50,474 bases of DNA from Candidatus Undinarchaeota archaeon (GTDB lineage Archaea; SpSt-1190; JASMDC01): contig CAZFHY010000021.1 of NCBI GenBank assembly GCA_964519305.1, positions 1 through 50,474 of the forward strand, written 5' to 3'. Of this stretch, positions 35,660 through 44,751 are shown in pieces. The notes under the pieces were generated by a model, which saw only the letters and a list, made by a program, of their open reading frames with translations, was not told the DNA's origin and ran no database searches. Numbering within the stretch: the stretch's first letter is position 1; each line of letters starts with the position of its first letter. The position numbers and the translations under genes are program-made.

Positions 35660-38251
35660 ATGAGCAGGTGGAGCGCGGTCCCAGCACGTATGACCGTGAT
35701 GGTATTCTACCTTGTCCTGATCCTCACGCTCGGTCAGAATCTAGGCGACCGGGCCTTCCCGACCTATCTGATCTCACAAGTGGACCGCTGCGCTCCAATG
35801 AACTGCGCCCGCTGGGACTGCACCGAGAACCGGATGTATCTTGAGGAGTTCTTTGGCAGGGACCAGGAGACCTGTGACACCTGGGAGTGCGTCACATGGA
35901 ACGAAGAGCTCTGTGACAAGTGGAACTGCACGAGCCTGGACCTTCCCAAGGCCCGCTATCACGAGACCTGCGATGTCTACTCTTGCACATCCTGGAAAGG
36001 GGGCTCGTGCGAGAAATGGGATTGTACCAAGGTCGATATGCCTGCCGGGAACGACAAGGAGACCTGCGATATCTTTGAATGTACCCTGTGGAACGAGGAC
36101 CAGTGCAGGTCCTGGGACTGCACCGACGGGGACATCCCCTCCAGCGACGACCTATCCTCGTGCGACACCATGAACTGCACATCGTGGTTCGACGACGTGT
36201 GCCGAATCTGGGACTGCACGGCAGGGGATATTCCGGCCTCCAATGACCGGGAGGTCTGCTACCGCTACCAGTGCGTTGCATGGCGAGGGCGGGCGTGCGC
36301 AGCTTGGGATTGTGTGGAGGACCCGTTCTTCGTGGGGATGACCCGTTCCGAGACGTGCTTCTCATGGGACTGCGCGAACTGGAACATCACCACCCTTCCC
36401 GAGGAGTGCGCGTGCAACAAGAACACCGATTGTGATTCGGGTTGCTGTGCTTGGAACGTCTGTGCTTCCGCAAGTGCTGATGGCGATGGTGACGAGCAGA
36501 CCTGCCTTTGCCGGAACGGCGCCTGGTACGAAGGGAAGTGCTGCGGCGATGACTTCCTCGAGTCCTGGTGCGGCCTGTCCGGACACTGCCAGGAAGGTAA
36601 TTGGATCGACAACGCAGAGTCCTTCTGCAAGACCTGTCGGGACGGGATCTGGCTCGATAGTGCCTGTTGTACCGCTGGAGAATCGTTCTGCTACGCTAGC
36701 GGCCGGTGCGAGGATGGTGCTGTGAAGCCTGTCTGTGAAGGATGCGCAAAATGTGCGGGTGGACGCTGCGAGGTCGTGTGCGACGGGACGACCTGTCCGC
36801 TGGGGAACGAGACCTGGTGCGAGCAATGCGCTAACGATGACGGTGACGCTGATGAGTTCGCTTGCACATGCATGAAGGGCGAGTGGCATGAGGGTCGCTG
36901 CTGTGGCGATGACTCTATCGACGAGTGGAGCGGTGAGAAAGGACGGTGCACGCGTGGACAGTGGCGGGAAGGCAAGCCTCGTGTCAACACCACAAAAGTG
37001 AAGGCCCTTGAGTCCGCCGAGTCGTGCGGGGCCCTCACGGGCCAGGAACTGAACGAGTGCCTCCTCAAGGTGGCGGACGAGCTCTCGCTCTGGGATCCCA
37101 TCGACGGCGCCACCGCCTGCGAGATGATCCTCGACGATGATGAGTTGCGATACTCGTGCTTCGAGATGGTGCTCGGGCGCACCGAAGGTGTTGACCGGAT
37201 ATCCGTTATGATCAGGCACCGTCCTATCCAAGTGCTCATCTGGCCGTTCCTGGTCCTTATCGTCGTCGCGCTCTGGGTGACGACTGTCTACAGTAAGAAA
37301 GGGAAGAAGAAGTTCGTCGTTTACGAGGGGACGACGCCAAAGGACCTCTCGGACACGCAGTTCGAGACCGAAGGACTGGCGGAAGCACTGGAGCACCTCT
37401 ACAATAACCTGAACATCCCTGACGTTCTAGAGTACGGTCAGAGCCGTCACATCGAACAGTACATAGTCACCGACTTCCTGAACAATGAAGAATCGGTAAT
37501 GGCGTTGAAGAAGGGGATGACTAAGGAGGAGTTCGACGAGGTGGTCACATCGCGCGTCTATCTCATGATGGGTAATGTCCACTTCTTGCTCGGGGACTAT
37601 CAGGCCGCCAGGAAGCGCTATGAGCGTGGTATAGTCATGGACAGGTCCGATGTGGCCCTCTGGAACAACATCGGGCTCGCTTTCCACCACATCGGTGACG
37701 AGGACAAGGCCGAGAAGGCGTTAAAGAAAGCGAAGGGGATATCACCTGAGAACAAGACGGTACTGCTCAACCTCGGGAAGCTCTACGGGACCAGGGCCTA
37801 CATACAGCGGGCGGGCGGTTCGTGGCCTGCACATACGGCCAAGATGCCCGAAGGTATGCGTGATTACAGGAGCATGTCCTGGGACTATGGTCGCTATTCC
37901 AAATCAGCGAACTGGGGCAGCCCACCCAAGTGGCGCGAGGAGTTCCTTGAGAAGGAGCAGACCTCGCTATACGACCGTCAGATCGAGCTCTACTCGAAGG
38001 TGTTGGAGAAGGAGCCCAATAACGTAGAGGCCATCGTGAACCTCGGTGTCGCCTTTCGTCACAAGGGCATGATCGACCAGGCCGTCTTTCACCTTGAAAG
38101 GGTCGTCGCGCTCCAGCCGAAGAACACGGTAGCGCTCTACGAACTCGCCCGGATCAGCGAGGAGCAGGGCGACACGCGAAGAATGGTCGAGTACTACCGC
38201 CGATGCCGGGATAACATCCATCTGGAACGCCCTCCGGAACAGGACAAGTAG
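35660..38251 (+). CDS. Cys/Trp-repeat single-pass protein with cytoplasmic TPR domain
   Basis: Six CxxW[DN]C repeats; CCGDD domain; TM helix followed by KKGKKK; TPRs (YLMMGNVHFLLGDYQAARKRYERG, LWNNIGLAF, AIVNLGVAF). Start may be 35690. Confidence 0.87.
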   Translation: MSRWSAVPARMTVMVFYLVLILTLGQNLGDRAFPTYLISQVDRCAPMNCARWDCTENRMYLEEFFGRDQETCDTWECVTWNEELCDKWNCTSLDLPKARYHETCDVYSCTSWKGGSCEKWDCTKVDMPAGNDKETCDIFECTLWNEDQCRSWDCTDGDIPSSDDLSSCDTMNCTSWFDDVCRIWDCTAGDIPASNDREVCYRYQCVAWRGRACAAWDCVEDPFFVGMTRSETCFSWDCANWNITTLPEECACNKNTDCDSGCCAWNVCASASADGDGDEQTCLCRNGAWYEGKCCGDDFLESWCGLSGHCQEGNWIDNAESFCKTCRDGIWLDSACCTAGESFCYASGRCEDGAVKPVCEGCAKCAGGRCEVVCDGTTCPLGNETWCEQCANDDGDADEFACTCMKGEWHEGRCCGDDSIDEWSGEKGRCTRGQWREGKPRVNTTKVKALESAESCGALTGQELNECLLKVADELSLWDPIDGATACEMILDDDELRYSCFEMVLGRTEGVDRISVMIRHRPIQVLIWPFLVLIVVALWVTTVYSKKGKKKFVVYEGTTPKDLSDTQFETEGLAEALEHLYNNLNIPDVLEYGQSRHIEQYIVTDFLNNEESVMALKKGMTKEEFDEVVTSRVYLMMGNVHFLLGDYQAARKRYERGIVMDRSDVALWNNIGLAFHHIGDEDKAEKALKKAKGISPENKTVLLNLGKLYGTRAYIQRAGGSWPAHTAKMPEGMRDYRSMSWDYGRYSKSANWGSPPKWREEFLEKEQTSLYDRQIELYSKVLEKEPNNVEAIVNLGVAFRHKGMIDQAVFHLERVVALQPKNTVALYELARISEEQGDTRRMVEYYRRCRDNIHLERPPEQDK

Positions 38252-38304
38252 GGCTGAATGTCCCTCAGTTCCATATTTAAAGGATAATCGCCTCGGCGTT
38301 CATC

Positions 38305-38622
38305 ATGGGTGAAACCATCAACTGGGGGGACCCTGTAAGGAAGGAGCGGTCGTACGATGACCGTCGTGGCGGTGGGGGCCGCCGTTTCGACCGCGGTTCG
38401 CGGGACCGGGACAGAGGCCCATCCATGCCCATGCCTATTAACTTCCTCGCGAACATGCTGGACACCCAGGTGACCCTTATCCACTGGAAAGGCAACGACC
38501 TCAGTGAGACCAAGGGACGGCTCAAGGCACTTGATGGCAGTGGAAACACTGTCCTTGAGGTCGAAGGCAAGATCATCTGGTACCGCGGCGCTACTGTTCA
38601 GCGCATCAAGTTCGACGAGTAG
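38305..38622 (+). CDS. Sm/Lsm-fold RNA-binding protein with RG/RD-rich N-terminal extension
   Basis: PINFLANMLDTQV helix, KGRLKALDGSGNTVL (Sm1-like), IIWYRGATV (Sm2-like); TATA ATTTAAAG at about 38275. Confidence 0.7.
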   Translation: MGETINWGDPVRKERSYDDRRGGGGRRFDRGSRDRDRGPSMPMPINFLANMLDTQVTLIHWKGNDLSETKGRLKALDGSGNTVLEVEGKIIWYRGATVQRIKFDE

Positions 38623-38757
38623 ACCCTCCGGCAGGCCCCCAGGCAGGGAACGGTGACGTGTCAGGGTGAGATATATTGACCGTTGGATCCTTCGATTTTC
38701 CGGGCCCGGGGAAAAACGTATTAACCTATACCACCTCCTCAAGGGCGGCGAGATGAG

Positions 38758-40059
38758 TTGGGATTCGAGCTTTCCTTCATCGTACCGCTCGCTATAGTCA
38801 TTGCGACCTACGGCTTCATCGCATTCGACCTTATGCATAGGACCGTAGCTGCACTTCTGGGTGCGCTCCTCCTCGTCAACCTGGGTTACTTGCCACCCGA
38901 TGTCGCGCTCGCCAAGGTGAACATGGATACGATCCTCCTTCTATTGGGGATGATGCTCATCCTGTCGGTCGTCGAGAAGGTAGGCTTCTTCGAACTGCTG
39001 ACACTACGTGTCCTCTCTCTTTCAGGAAGGAGCCTCTGGCGGCTGTTGGTAGTGCTAGTGGTGACGACCGCGGTCCTCTCAGCATTCCTTGATAACGTGA
39101 CCACGGTCATGCTCCTCTGCCCCGTGGTGCTGGAGATCACCATGCTCATGGACATCAATCCCATGCCGTTCCTCCTCGCCATGGCCTTTGCCTCGAACAT
39201 CGGCGGGACGGCGACACTTATCGGCGATCCTCCGAACATCATGATAGGTACGGCCACCGACTTCTCCTTCATGGAGTTCATGGTGAACTTGGGACCGATC
39301 GTTGCGATCAATGTCATAGTTCTACTAGGATACATCAGGTACATGTTCCGCGACCAGATACCCAATGAGGAAATCGGCCCCGAGTGCATCCGGGAATGCA
39401 GACGTCGCTTCAGGCGAAGGGACACGTCCAAGCTCAATAGATGCTTGATCATCTTCTTCATCACGCTCCTGGCATTCATGTTCCACGAAGAGCTCCAACT
39501 CAAGTCCTATCTGGTGGCCTTGAGCGGAGGCACAGCGCTCCTCCTCCTTACAAAGATCAGGCCCGAACAAGCCATGCGTGACATAGAATGGAGCACACTG
39601 GTGTTCTTCGCGGGACTGTTCGTCGTCGTCGGAGTGCTGGAGGAGATAGGGATATCTGACTCGCTCGCGGGAGGGTTCCTGCAATTGGCCGAAATGGCAC
39701 GTAGTGAGCTCCAGTTGGGGCTTTCGATGGAATCGGTCCTCATCCCGTTCATCATCGGGATCGGAGGGGCGCTCTCCGGCCTTCTCGGTGCTATCCCGAA
39801 CACAGCGGTCATGATACCTGTCGTACAATCACTGCACACTGGTATTGGGAACGACGGTCTCTGGTGGGCTCTCTCGCTGGGTGCATGCTTCGGGGGCAAT
39901 GCGACCCTCATCGGTACATCAGCGAACATAGTCGTGGCGGGCCTTTCCGAGCGAGAGGGGTATCCCGTCTCGTTCAGGGCGTTCATGAAGTACGGCATAC
40001 CGCTCACGCTCATCACGCTCATCACATCCATGCTCTACGTCAACCTGCTCTTCACATGA
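38758..40059 (+). CDS. ArsB/NhaD (SLC13-like) ion transporter
   Basis: HRTVAALLGA, SAFLDNVTT, ASNIGGTATLIGDPPNIMI, LGACFGGNATLIGTSAN. Confidence 0.92.
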   Translation: MGFELSFIVPLAIVIATYGFIAFDLMHRTVAALLGALLLVNLGYLPPDVALAKVNMDTILLLLGMMLILSVVEKVGFFELLTLRVLSLSGRSLWRLLVVLVVTTAVLSAFLDNVTTVMLLCPVVLEITMLMDINPMPFLLAMAFASNIGGTATLIGDPPNIMIGTATDFSFMEFMVNLGPIVAINVIVLLGYIRYMFRDQIPNEEIGPECIRECRRRFRRRDTSKLNRCLIIFFITLLAFMFHEELQLKSYLVALSGGTALLLLTKIRPEQAMRDIEWSTLVFFAGLFVVVGVLEEIGISDSLAGGFLQLAEMARSELQLGLSMESVLIPFIIGIGGALSGLLGAIPNTAVMIPVVQSLHTGIGNDGLWWALSLGACFGGNATLIGTSANIVVAGLSEREGYPVSFRAFMKYGIPLTLITLITSMLYVNLLFT

Positions 40060-40109
40060 GGGATCATCATCATGCTCACAGATAACGAAGGACCTGAGGG
40101 AGAAACGCC

Positions 40110-40586
40110 ATGCCGCACAACGTGACACGGATACTCTGCATTATCACCGGGGACATGGTCTCGCGCCGGGCTGAGGACTGGGCCGTGTTTATTGCCAAGC
40201 ATATGGGGGCCAAGATCGAGTTCTTCCACGTTGTGGATGACGAGTTCCTGGACGGGCTGCCCACGCCCATCGACATGCACCGGGAAGTGGACGATGAGCT
40301 GGACCATCTCACACGCACCACGACCAGCAAGCTCAAGAAGAAGCTGCGGGGCACCGGCGTCGCCTACGAGATCATCGTACGACACGGATCGTCGGAAGCC
40401 GAGATAGTCAAGGAGTGCAAGGAACGGAAACCCGACCTGGTCATCATGCCGTACGAATCGCGTGGTATACTGGGCTTCCTCCTCACCAAGGGGATCGGAC
40501 ACGGACGTGTTATCGATGACGCCTGTTGCCCTGTTCTCGTTGTGAAGGGCGAACCCGACGCTTGCTCTTGGGAAGCCGATGATTGA
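40110..40586 (+). CDS. universal stress protein
   Basis: IEFFHVVD, RHGSSEAEIV, DLVIM, VIDDACCPVLVVK. Confidence 0.85.
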   Translation: MPHNVTRILCIITGDMVSRRAEDWAVFIAKHMGAKIEFFHVVDDEFLDGLPTPIDMHREVDDELDHLTRTTTSKLKKKLRGTGVAYEIIVRHGSSEAEIVKECKERKPDLVIMPYESRGILGFLLTKGIGHGRVIDDACCPVLVVKGEPDACSWEADD

Positions 40587-40726
40587 GTGCGTATCGGGCC
40601 CGGCCGTCAATCGGTCGCCGACGACCGTCATAAGTAGCGCCCCGTACGGCTAAATGGACCCGTTTTCTGTAAGAGAAAACCTTATATAGCGGCGGTCCTG
40701 CTCGAATCCGCCAAGGGGATATAGTC

Positions 40727-42205
40727 ATGGATATCGAAGGTAATATTGTAGGTTACTGTTTACCCACGATTGAAGGGCCTGAGATGTACATCCCGCTGAA
40801 CGCGGACAATGTCATCAGAGAGGTCCAGGGGTACTCTGAGGGCGGCACCATCGACCTGGACCTTGAGGTGTACTCCTACAAGGAAATGAGCGATGGAGAG
40901 CTCGCCGACTGTAAAGAGTACGCGGCCAAGGGATTCGGGAACGAGGCGCTCAAGGCCGATGTAGTAGGCCACATGGGCAAGCTCCCTGCGATCAAATCGT
41001 TCATTGGCGGGGCCCTTTTTGGCGGGCTCGCTATTCTGACGAAGTCACCGCTCATGGGCTACTGGGGCGCTCGCGACCTTTACGGCGGGTACAAGTACCT
41101 CAAGAACGACCTAAAGGGCTGCGATGAGCGCAAGCAGATCGCTGAGGACATCACACTGGGTCTTGAAGCGATCAACGGCGAGGACGCCGCGCTCAATGGG
41201 AAGGTCACGCAGCTAGGTGAGTACTTCCAGGACCTTCATGGCACCGAGAAGGAGATCTACCAGGCCATGGAAGAGGAGGCCGGACGACTCGAGTTCACCG
41301 AGGCCAAGGAGTTCTATCACGAGAAGTTCAAGGAGGCCAACCGGGAGAAGAAGGGCTTCTTCGAGGCCATCAAGAACGCTGGAAATGGCTTCATGAAGTT
41401 CGTGACCGGTAACTACGACCTGGGCATCGAGAAGAAGACATCTACCTTCGAAATCCACCAAGCACCTGACAGCATAGCCCCTGAAGAGCGGGAAGAGCTC
41501 GTACGCGAAGTCCCCATCTATCTCCTGCCCACGAAGGAGGGCTACTCGGTCTATGTTGACGAGTCCCCGGACATGTACTTCCTCCTCAACGACCGCGAGG
41601 ATGCGAATGTGAAGCTGTCCGTGCGCAGCCCCGTGGAGCTGAGCGACGAGCAGATGTCAGCCATCACCACCCATTTCGTGGACTACGCAAAGGACACCAT
41701 CCTGATGGGCAACAAGCTCCAGCACTACACCGAGGAAGCTCAGTATACCAAGGGCTGGAAGATCAGCAGGGTCTTCTCGGACGGTCTGGGCGCCTTCTTC
41801 CTCTATCGAGGTATCAGCGGCGTGTTCAGCGGTGGGCTGGCGGCCCTGGAACCCTTCCAGGCAGCCATCGGCGGTAACATGATCGCCTCCACCGAGCTCA
41901 TCGAGAAGCAGAAGAACAAGCGCATGGCCGAGCACACGAAAGAGCTCATCGCCGGTGTCGATACCCTCCACGAGCGCATCGTGGGCGCCGAACAGGTGCG
42001 CCACGCCGGGCTCGAGCACATGGAGGAGCTGATGCTGAAGTACGACACGAAGGAGGAGGCCTATATCAACGCGTTCAACGACGCTCGTGAGGTCGGCCTC
42101 GCCCCGTTCACCGCGCTGTATCATCGCATGGCGCTCGCCCAACAATGGGAGGTCAGCGACCAGGATAGAGGTATCATGACCATCGAAAGGGGGGATGAAG
42201 AATGA
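40727..42205 (+). CDS. hypothetical protein with two-fold internal duplication and Gly-rich hydrophobic segments
   Basis: YCLPTIEG...YSYKEMSDGEL versus YLLPTKEG...RSPVELSDEQM; promoter GAAAACCTTATATAG at about 40675-40689. Confidence 0.8.
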   Translation: MDIEGNIVGYCLPTIEGPEMYIPLNADNVIREVQGYSEGGTIDLDLEVYSYKEMSDGELADCKEYAAKGFGNEALKADVVGHMGKLPAIKSFIGGALFGGLAILTKSPLMGYWGARDLYGGYKYLKNDLKGCDERKQIAEDITLGLEAINGEDAALNGKVTQLGEYFQDLHGTEKEIYQAMEEEAGRLEFTEAKEFYHEKFKEANREKKGFFEAIKNAGNGFMKFVTGNYDLGIEKKTSTFEIHQAPDSIAPEEREELVREVPIYLLPTKEGYSVYVDESPDMYFLLNDREDANVKLSVRSPVELSDEQMSAITTHFVDYAKDTILMGNKLQHYTEEAQYTKGWKISRVFSDGLGAFFLYRGISGVFSGGLAALEPFQAAIGGNMIASTELIEKQKNKRMAEHTKELIAGVDTLHERIVGAEQVRHAGLEHMEELMLKYDTKEEAYINAFNDAREVGLAPFTALYHRMALAQQWEVSDQDRGIMTIERGDEE

Positions 42206-43611
42206 GCGACCGCGACCTCTTCGCCATCCAGTCCGATGCCAAGGACCTCCATGCCAACAAGACCTATGAGGATTACGAGGAGCGGCTCAATGAGGTCCTC
42301 GAGTCCAACCCGGGTCTCAAGCACGAGATCATCGGTCAGTCGGACGAGCGGGACATGCACGTGGTCTACGCGGGCAATCCCGACGCTGAGAAGCGCATCT
42401 TCATCACTGCAGGCCACCACGGTGGCGAGGTCGCGGGACCTCTGGCGACCTTGGAGATCCTCCGGGAGATCGCCGATCCGCAGACCCCCATGATGGAGCG
42501 CCTGTTGGAGGACGCTTACATCGCAGTGGTCCCGTGCATTGACGCCGAGGGCTACGATCACCAGGGCCGGAAGTTCGTTGACCTGGACGGTAACGGCGAA
42601 CTTTGGCCGCTCGACAAGGGCCGCTGGTGGAGCGACATCAACGGGACCCATGGTCGCCGCAACGAGGAGTCCAAGTCCGAAGAGGTCTTGGCCACTCAGG
42701 CGGTGCTCGAGGACTTCAAGCCCACCATCGTGTTCGACCTCCACGAGACCGTGTCGAGCCTGGGCAGCGGTCCTACATCGCCGCTCATGGCCACACAGGG
42801 TGTCATGGTCATCCAGGACGTTCCCGAGGGCAAGGTGGGTGTCGGTAAGAACATCACCCGCAACTCGGTCGACCGTGGGTTCGACATCTACCACGACGGG
42901 ATAATCGAGAAGGTAGTCATGCCACTTATCCCGCAGCCCGAGCAGGTCGTGAAGAAGGAGGAGGCCATCTATGAGGTTGGCGCTCTCATCGACGGGCTCG
43001 GCATTTCGGTGTTCACCATGTGGGCCAAGGAGCACGGGGCCGAGGGGTACACATTCGAGACCTTCGAGAACCCGCTCTCCTACCGCGTGGACGGACAGGT
43101 GGCCGGCGTCGAGGGCGGCATCATGGCCCACATGGGCTACAGTGCCACTGAGCGACTAGGCTCCGTCAAGGGCAAGGTGGAGGACGTGGACGCGCTGGCC
43201 GGCAAGTTCTTCGACCAGTACGAGGTCCGGACCCACCACGTGGGCAAGTACACCTACCAGACCATCCGTGGAGAGGGTGGCGAGATCGATGTGTACGGCG
43301 CGTGGTTCGGCAAGTCCTACGTGGACGTGCGGTTAGCCCCCGCCTTCGAGGGGCAGCGTGACCGCATGGAGGCCGGTCTCAAGGAACTCCAGACCGGGGG
43401 TTACAAGGACGTCGCCGGTGAGAAGATCGACAAGATCATCGACGGCAAGGTCCTCGGTAAGAAGGGAGCCTTCCTCGATACCGTCGAGAGCATGGCCGCT
43501 GCTCCGGTGCGAGCGGTCAGGAGCGGTATGAGGGCCGTTCACGAGTGGCTCACCGACAACAGCGGCCTCTACGAGGATGTCGACGGGCCGTTCAACGGGT
43601 ACGGTGCCTGA
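42202..43611 (+). CDS. M14 family zinc peptidase/deacylase domain protein
   Basis: IIGQSDERDM, ITAGHHGGE (HxxE), VFDLHE, YTFET; ATGA overlap with the upstream gene. Confidence 0.8.
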   Translation: MSDRDLFAIQSDAKDLHANKTYEDYEERLNEVLESNPGLKHEIIGQSDERDMHVVYAGNPDAEKRIFITAGHHGGEVAGPLATLEILREIADPQTPMMERLLEDAYIAVVPCIDAEGYDHQGRKFVDLDGNGELWPLDKGRWWSDINGTHGRRNEESKSEEVLATQAVLEDFKPTIVFDLHETVSSLGSGPTSPLMATQGVMVIQDVPEGKVGVGKNITRNSVDRGFDIYHDGIIEKVVMPLIPQPEQVVKKEEAIYEVGALIDGLGISVFTMWAKEHGAEGYTFETFENPLSYRVDGQVAGVEGGIMAHMGYSATERLGSVKGKVEDVDALAGKFFDQYEVRTHHVGKYTYQTIRGEGGEIDVYGAWFGKSYVDVRLAPAFEGQRDRMEAGLKELQTGGYKDVAGEKIDKIIDGKVLGKKGAFLDTVESMAAAPVRAVRSGMRAVHEWLTDNSGLYEDVDGPFNGYGA

Positions 43612-43622
43612 ACCGTTAGTAT

Positions 43623-43660
43623 GAAGGGGCCTTTAACCGGGCCCCTTCCATTATCTTTTT
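43623..43660 (+). terminator. hairpin plus U-tract
   Basis: GAAGGGGCC (43623-43631) pairs with GGCCCCTTC (43640-43648), then CATTATCTTTTT. Confidence 0.65.
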
Positions 43661-43685
43661 GTGTGTTCACGTGCTAGTCTATCCT

Positions 43686-44528
43686 ATGGGCGGGGACAGG
43701 TCAGTGGTTGTGGTCCTTTCTGTTATGCTCGTGCTTCTTTCTCTCCCATATCTGCTGGAAGAACCATCGCGGATCGTGCTCATGCCGGGGGACACGCCCA
43801 TTGTGCTGACACCAGCGCCACCGTCTACCTCACCGTCATCGACGCTTGAACAGCTTCCTGTTCCTTCACCTACCGGAGACCCTCAGGAAACGGCCTACAC
43901 CAAGGAACGCGACCTGCTCGTGACCGAGACCGTTGAACGACGGGGGGTGAGCGATCCGGCGACATTGGCCGCCATGCGCTCGGTGCTACGCCATCGCTTC
44001 ATTCCCGGGGATGTTCGCGATTATGCCTACGAGGACCGCCCGGTACCCATCGGGCATGGTCAGACCATCTCCCAGCCCTATATAGTCGCCCTCATGACCG
44101 AGGAGATGCGATTGAAGGGGGACGAGAAGGTGCTGGAGATAGGTACAGGCTCAGGCTACCAGGCCGCAGTCCTCGCGACCATCGTGCCGGAGGTCTATAC
44201 CGTCGAGATCATCGAAGCGCTCGCAATAAGGGCACATTCTACGCTCAAGAATGAGGGATTTGAAAACGTCCATGTGCTCAATGCGGACGGGTATGACGGC
44301 TGGGAAGAAAACGCCCCCTACGATGCTATCATTATTACCTGCGCAGTTGACCATGTTCCGCCGTCGCTTGTGGATCAGCTCGCCGATGGGGGAAGGATCG
44401 TTCTCCCGCTCGGGGACCCGCGGCTCTACCAGACACTCACAGTTGTCGAGAAGAAAGATGGTAAGGTGACCAGTCGGCACGTTCTCGACGTCCGGTTCGT
44501 GCCGATGACGGGCAGAGCCAGGGATTGA
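43686..44528 (+). CDS. pcm: protein-L-isoaspartate O-methyltransferase with N-terminal hydrophobic segment
   Basis: RHRFIP, AYEDRPVPIGHGQTISQPYIVA, VLEIGTGSGYQAA, APYDAII, VRFVPMTG. Confidence 0.95.
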   Translation: MGGDRSVVVVLSVMLVLLSLPYLLEEPSRIVLMPGDTPIVLTPAPPSTSPSSTLEQLPVPSPTGDPQETAYTKERDLLVTETVERRGVSDPATLAAMRSVLRHRFIPGDVRDYAYEDRPVPIGHGQTISQPYIVALMTEEMRLKGDEKVLEIGTGSGYQAAVLATIVPEVYTVEIIEALAIRAHSTLKNEGFENVHVLNADGYDGWEENAPYDAIIITCAVDHVPPSLVDQLADGGRIVLPLGDPRLYQTLTVVEKKDGKVTSRHVLDVRFVPMTGRARD

Positions 44529-44751
44529 TCCCCCCAAGATAAGTTTTATATACACTACCCCCTAGTGACAACTTTGTTCCGTACCCCCCCATGCTTCCCC
44601 GGCATGGGATATCCCCTTTCCCCGCCTTCCCGGGCGGGGCTGTTTCTTATGCCCCTAGAAAGGGGGGAGTCAACGTTAACCTCGTTCCAGCAAGAACATT
44701 GACGCCGAAAGGGAATGCTTAAGTATGGGATTAATGAGCACGATTTGCCGG

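Noticed and set aside
38623-38757. Fluoride riboswitch upstream of the NhaD-type transporter and USP genes
   Set aside because: The gene context is compatible, but I could not find the conserved GATGG...CTAATGA-type core; only a GC-rich near-palindrome is present.
44575-44670. tRNA, SRP RNA or RNase P RNA
   Set aside because: No cloverleaf or T-loop, no SRP helix-8 AGCAG context and no GAGGAAAGTCC; kept only as an unknown structured element.
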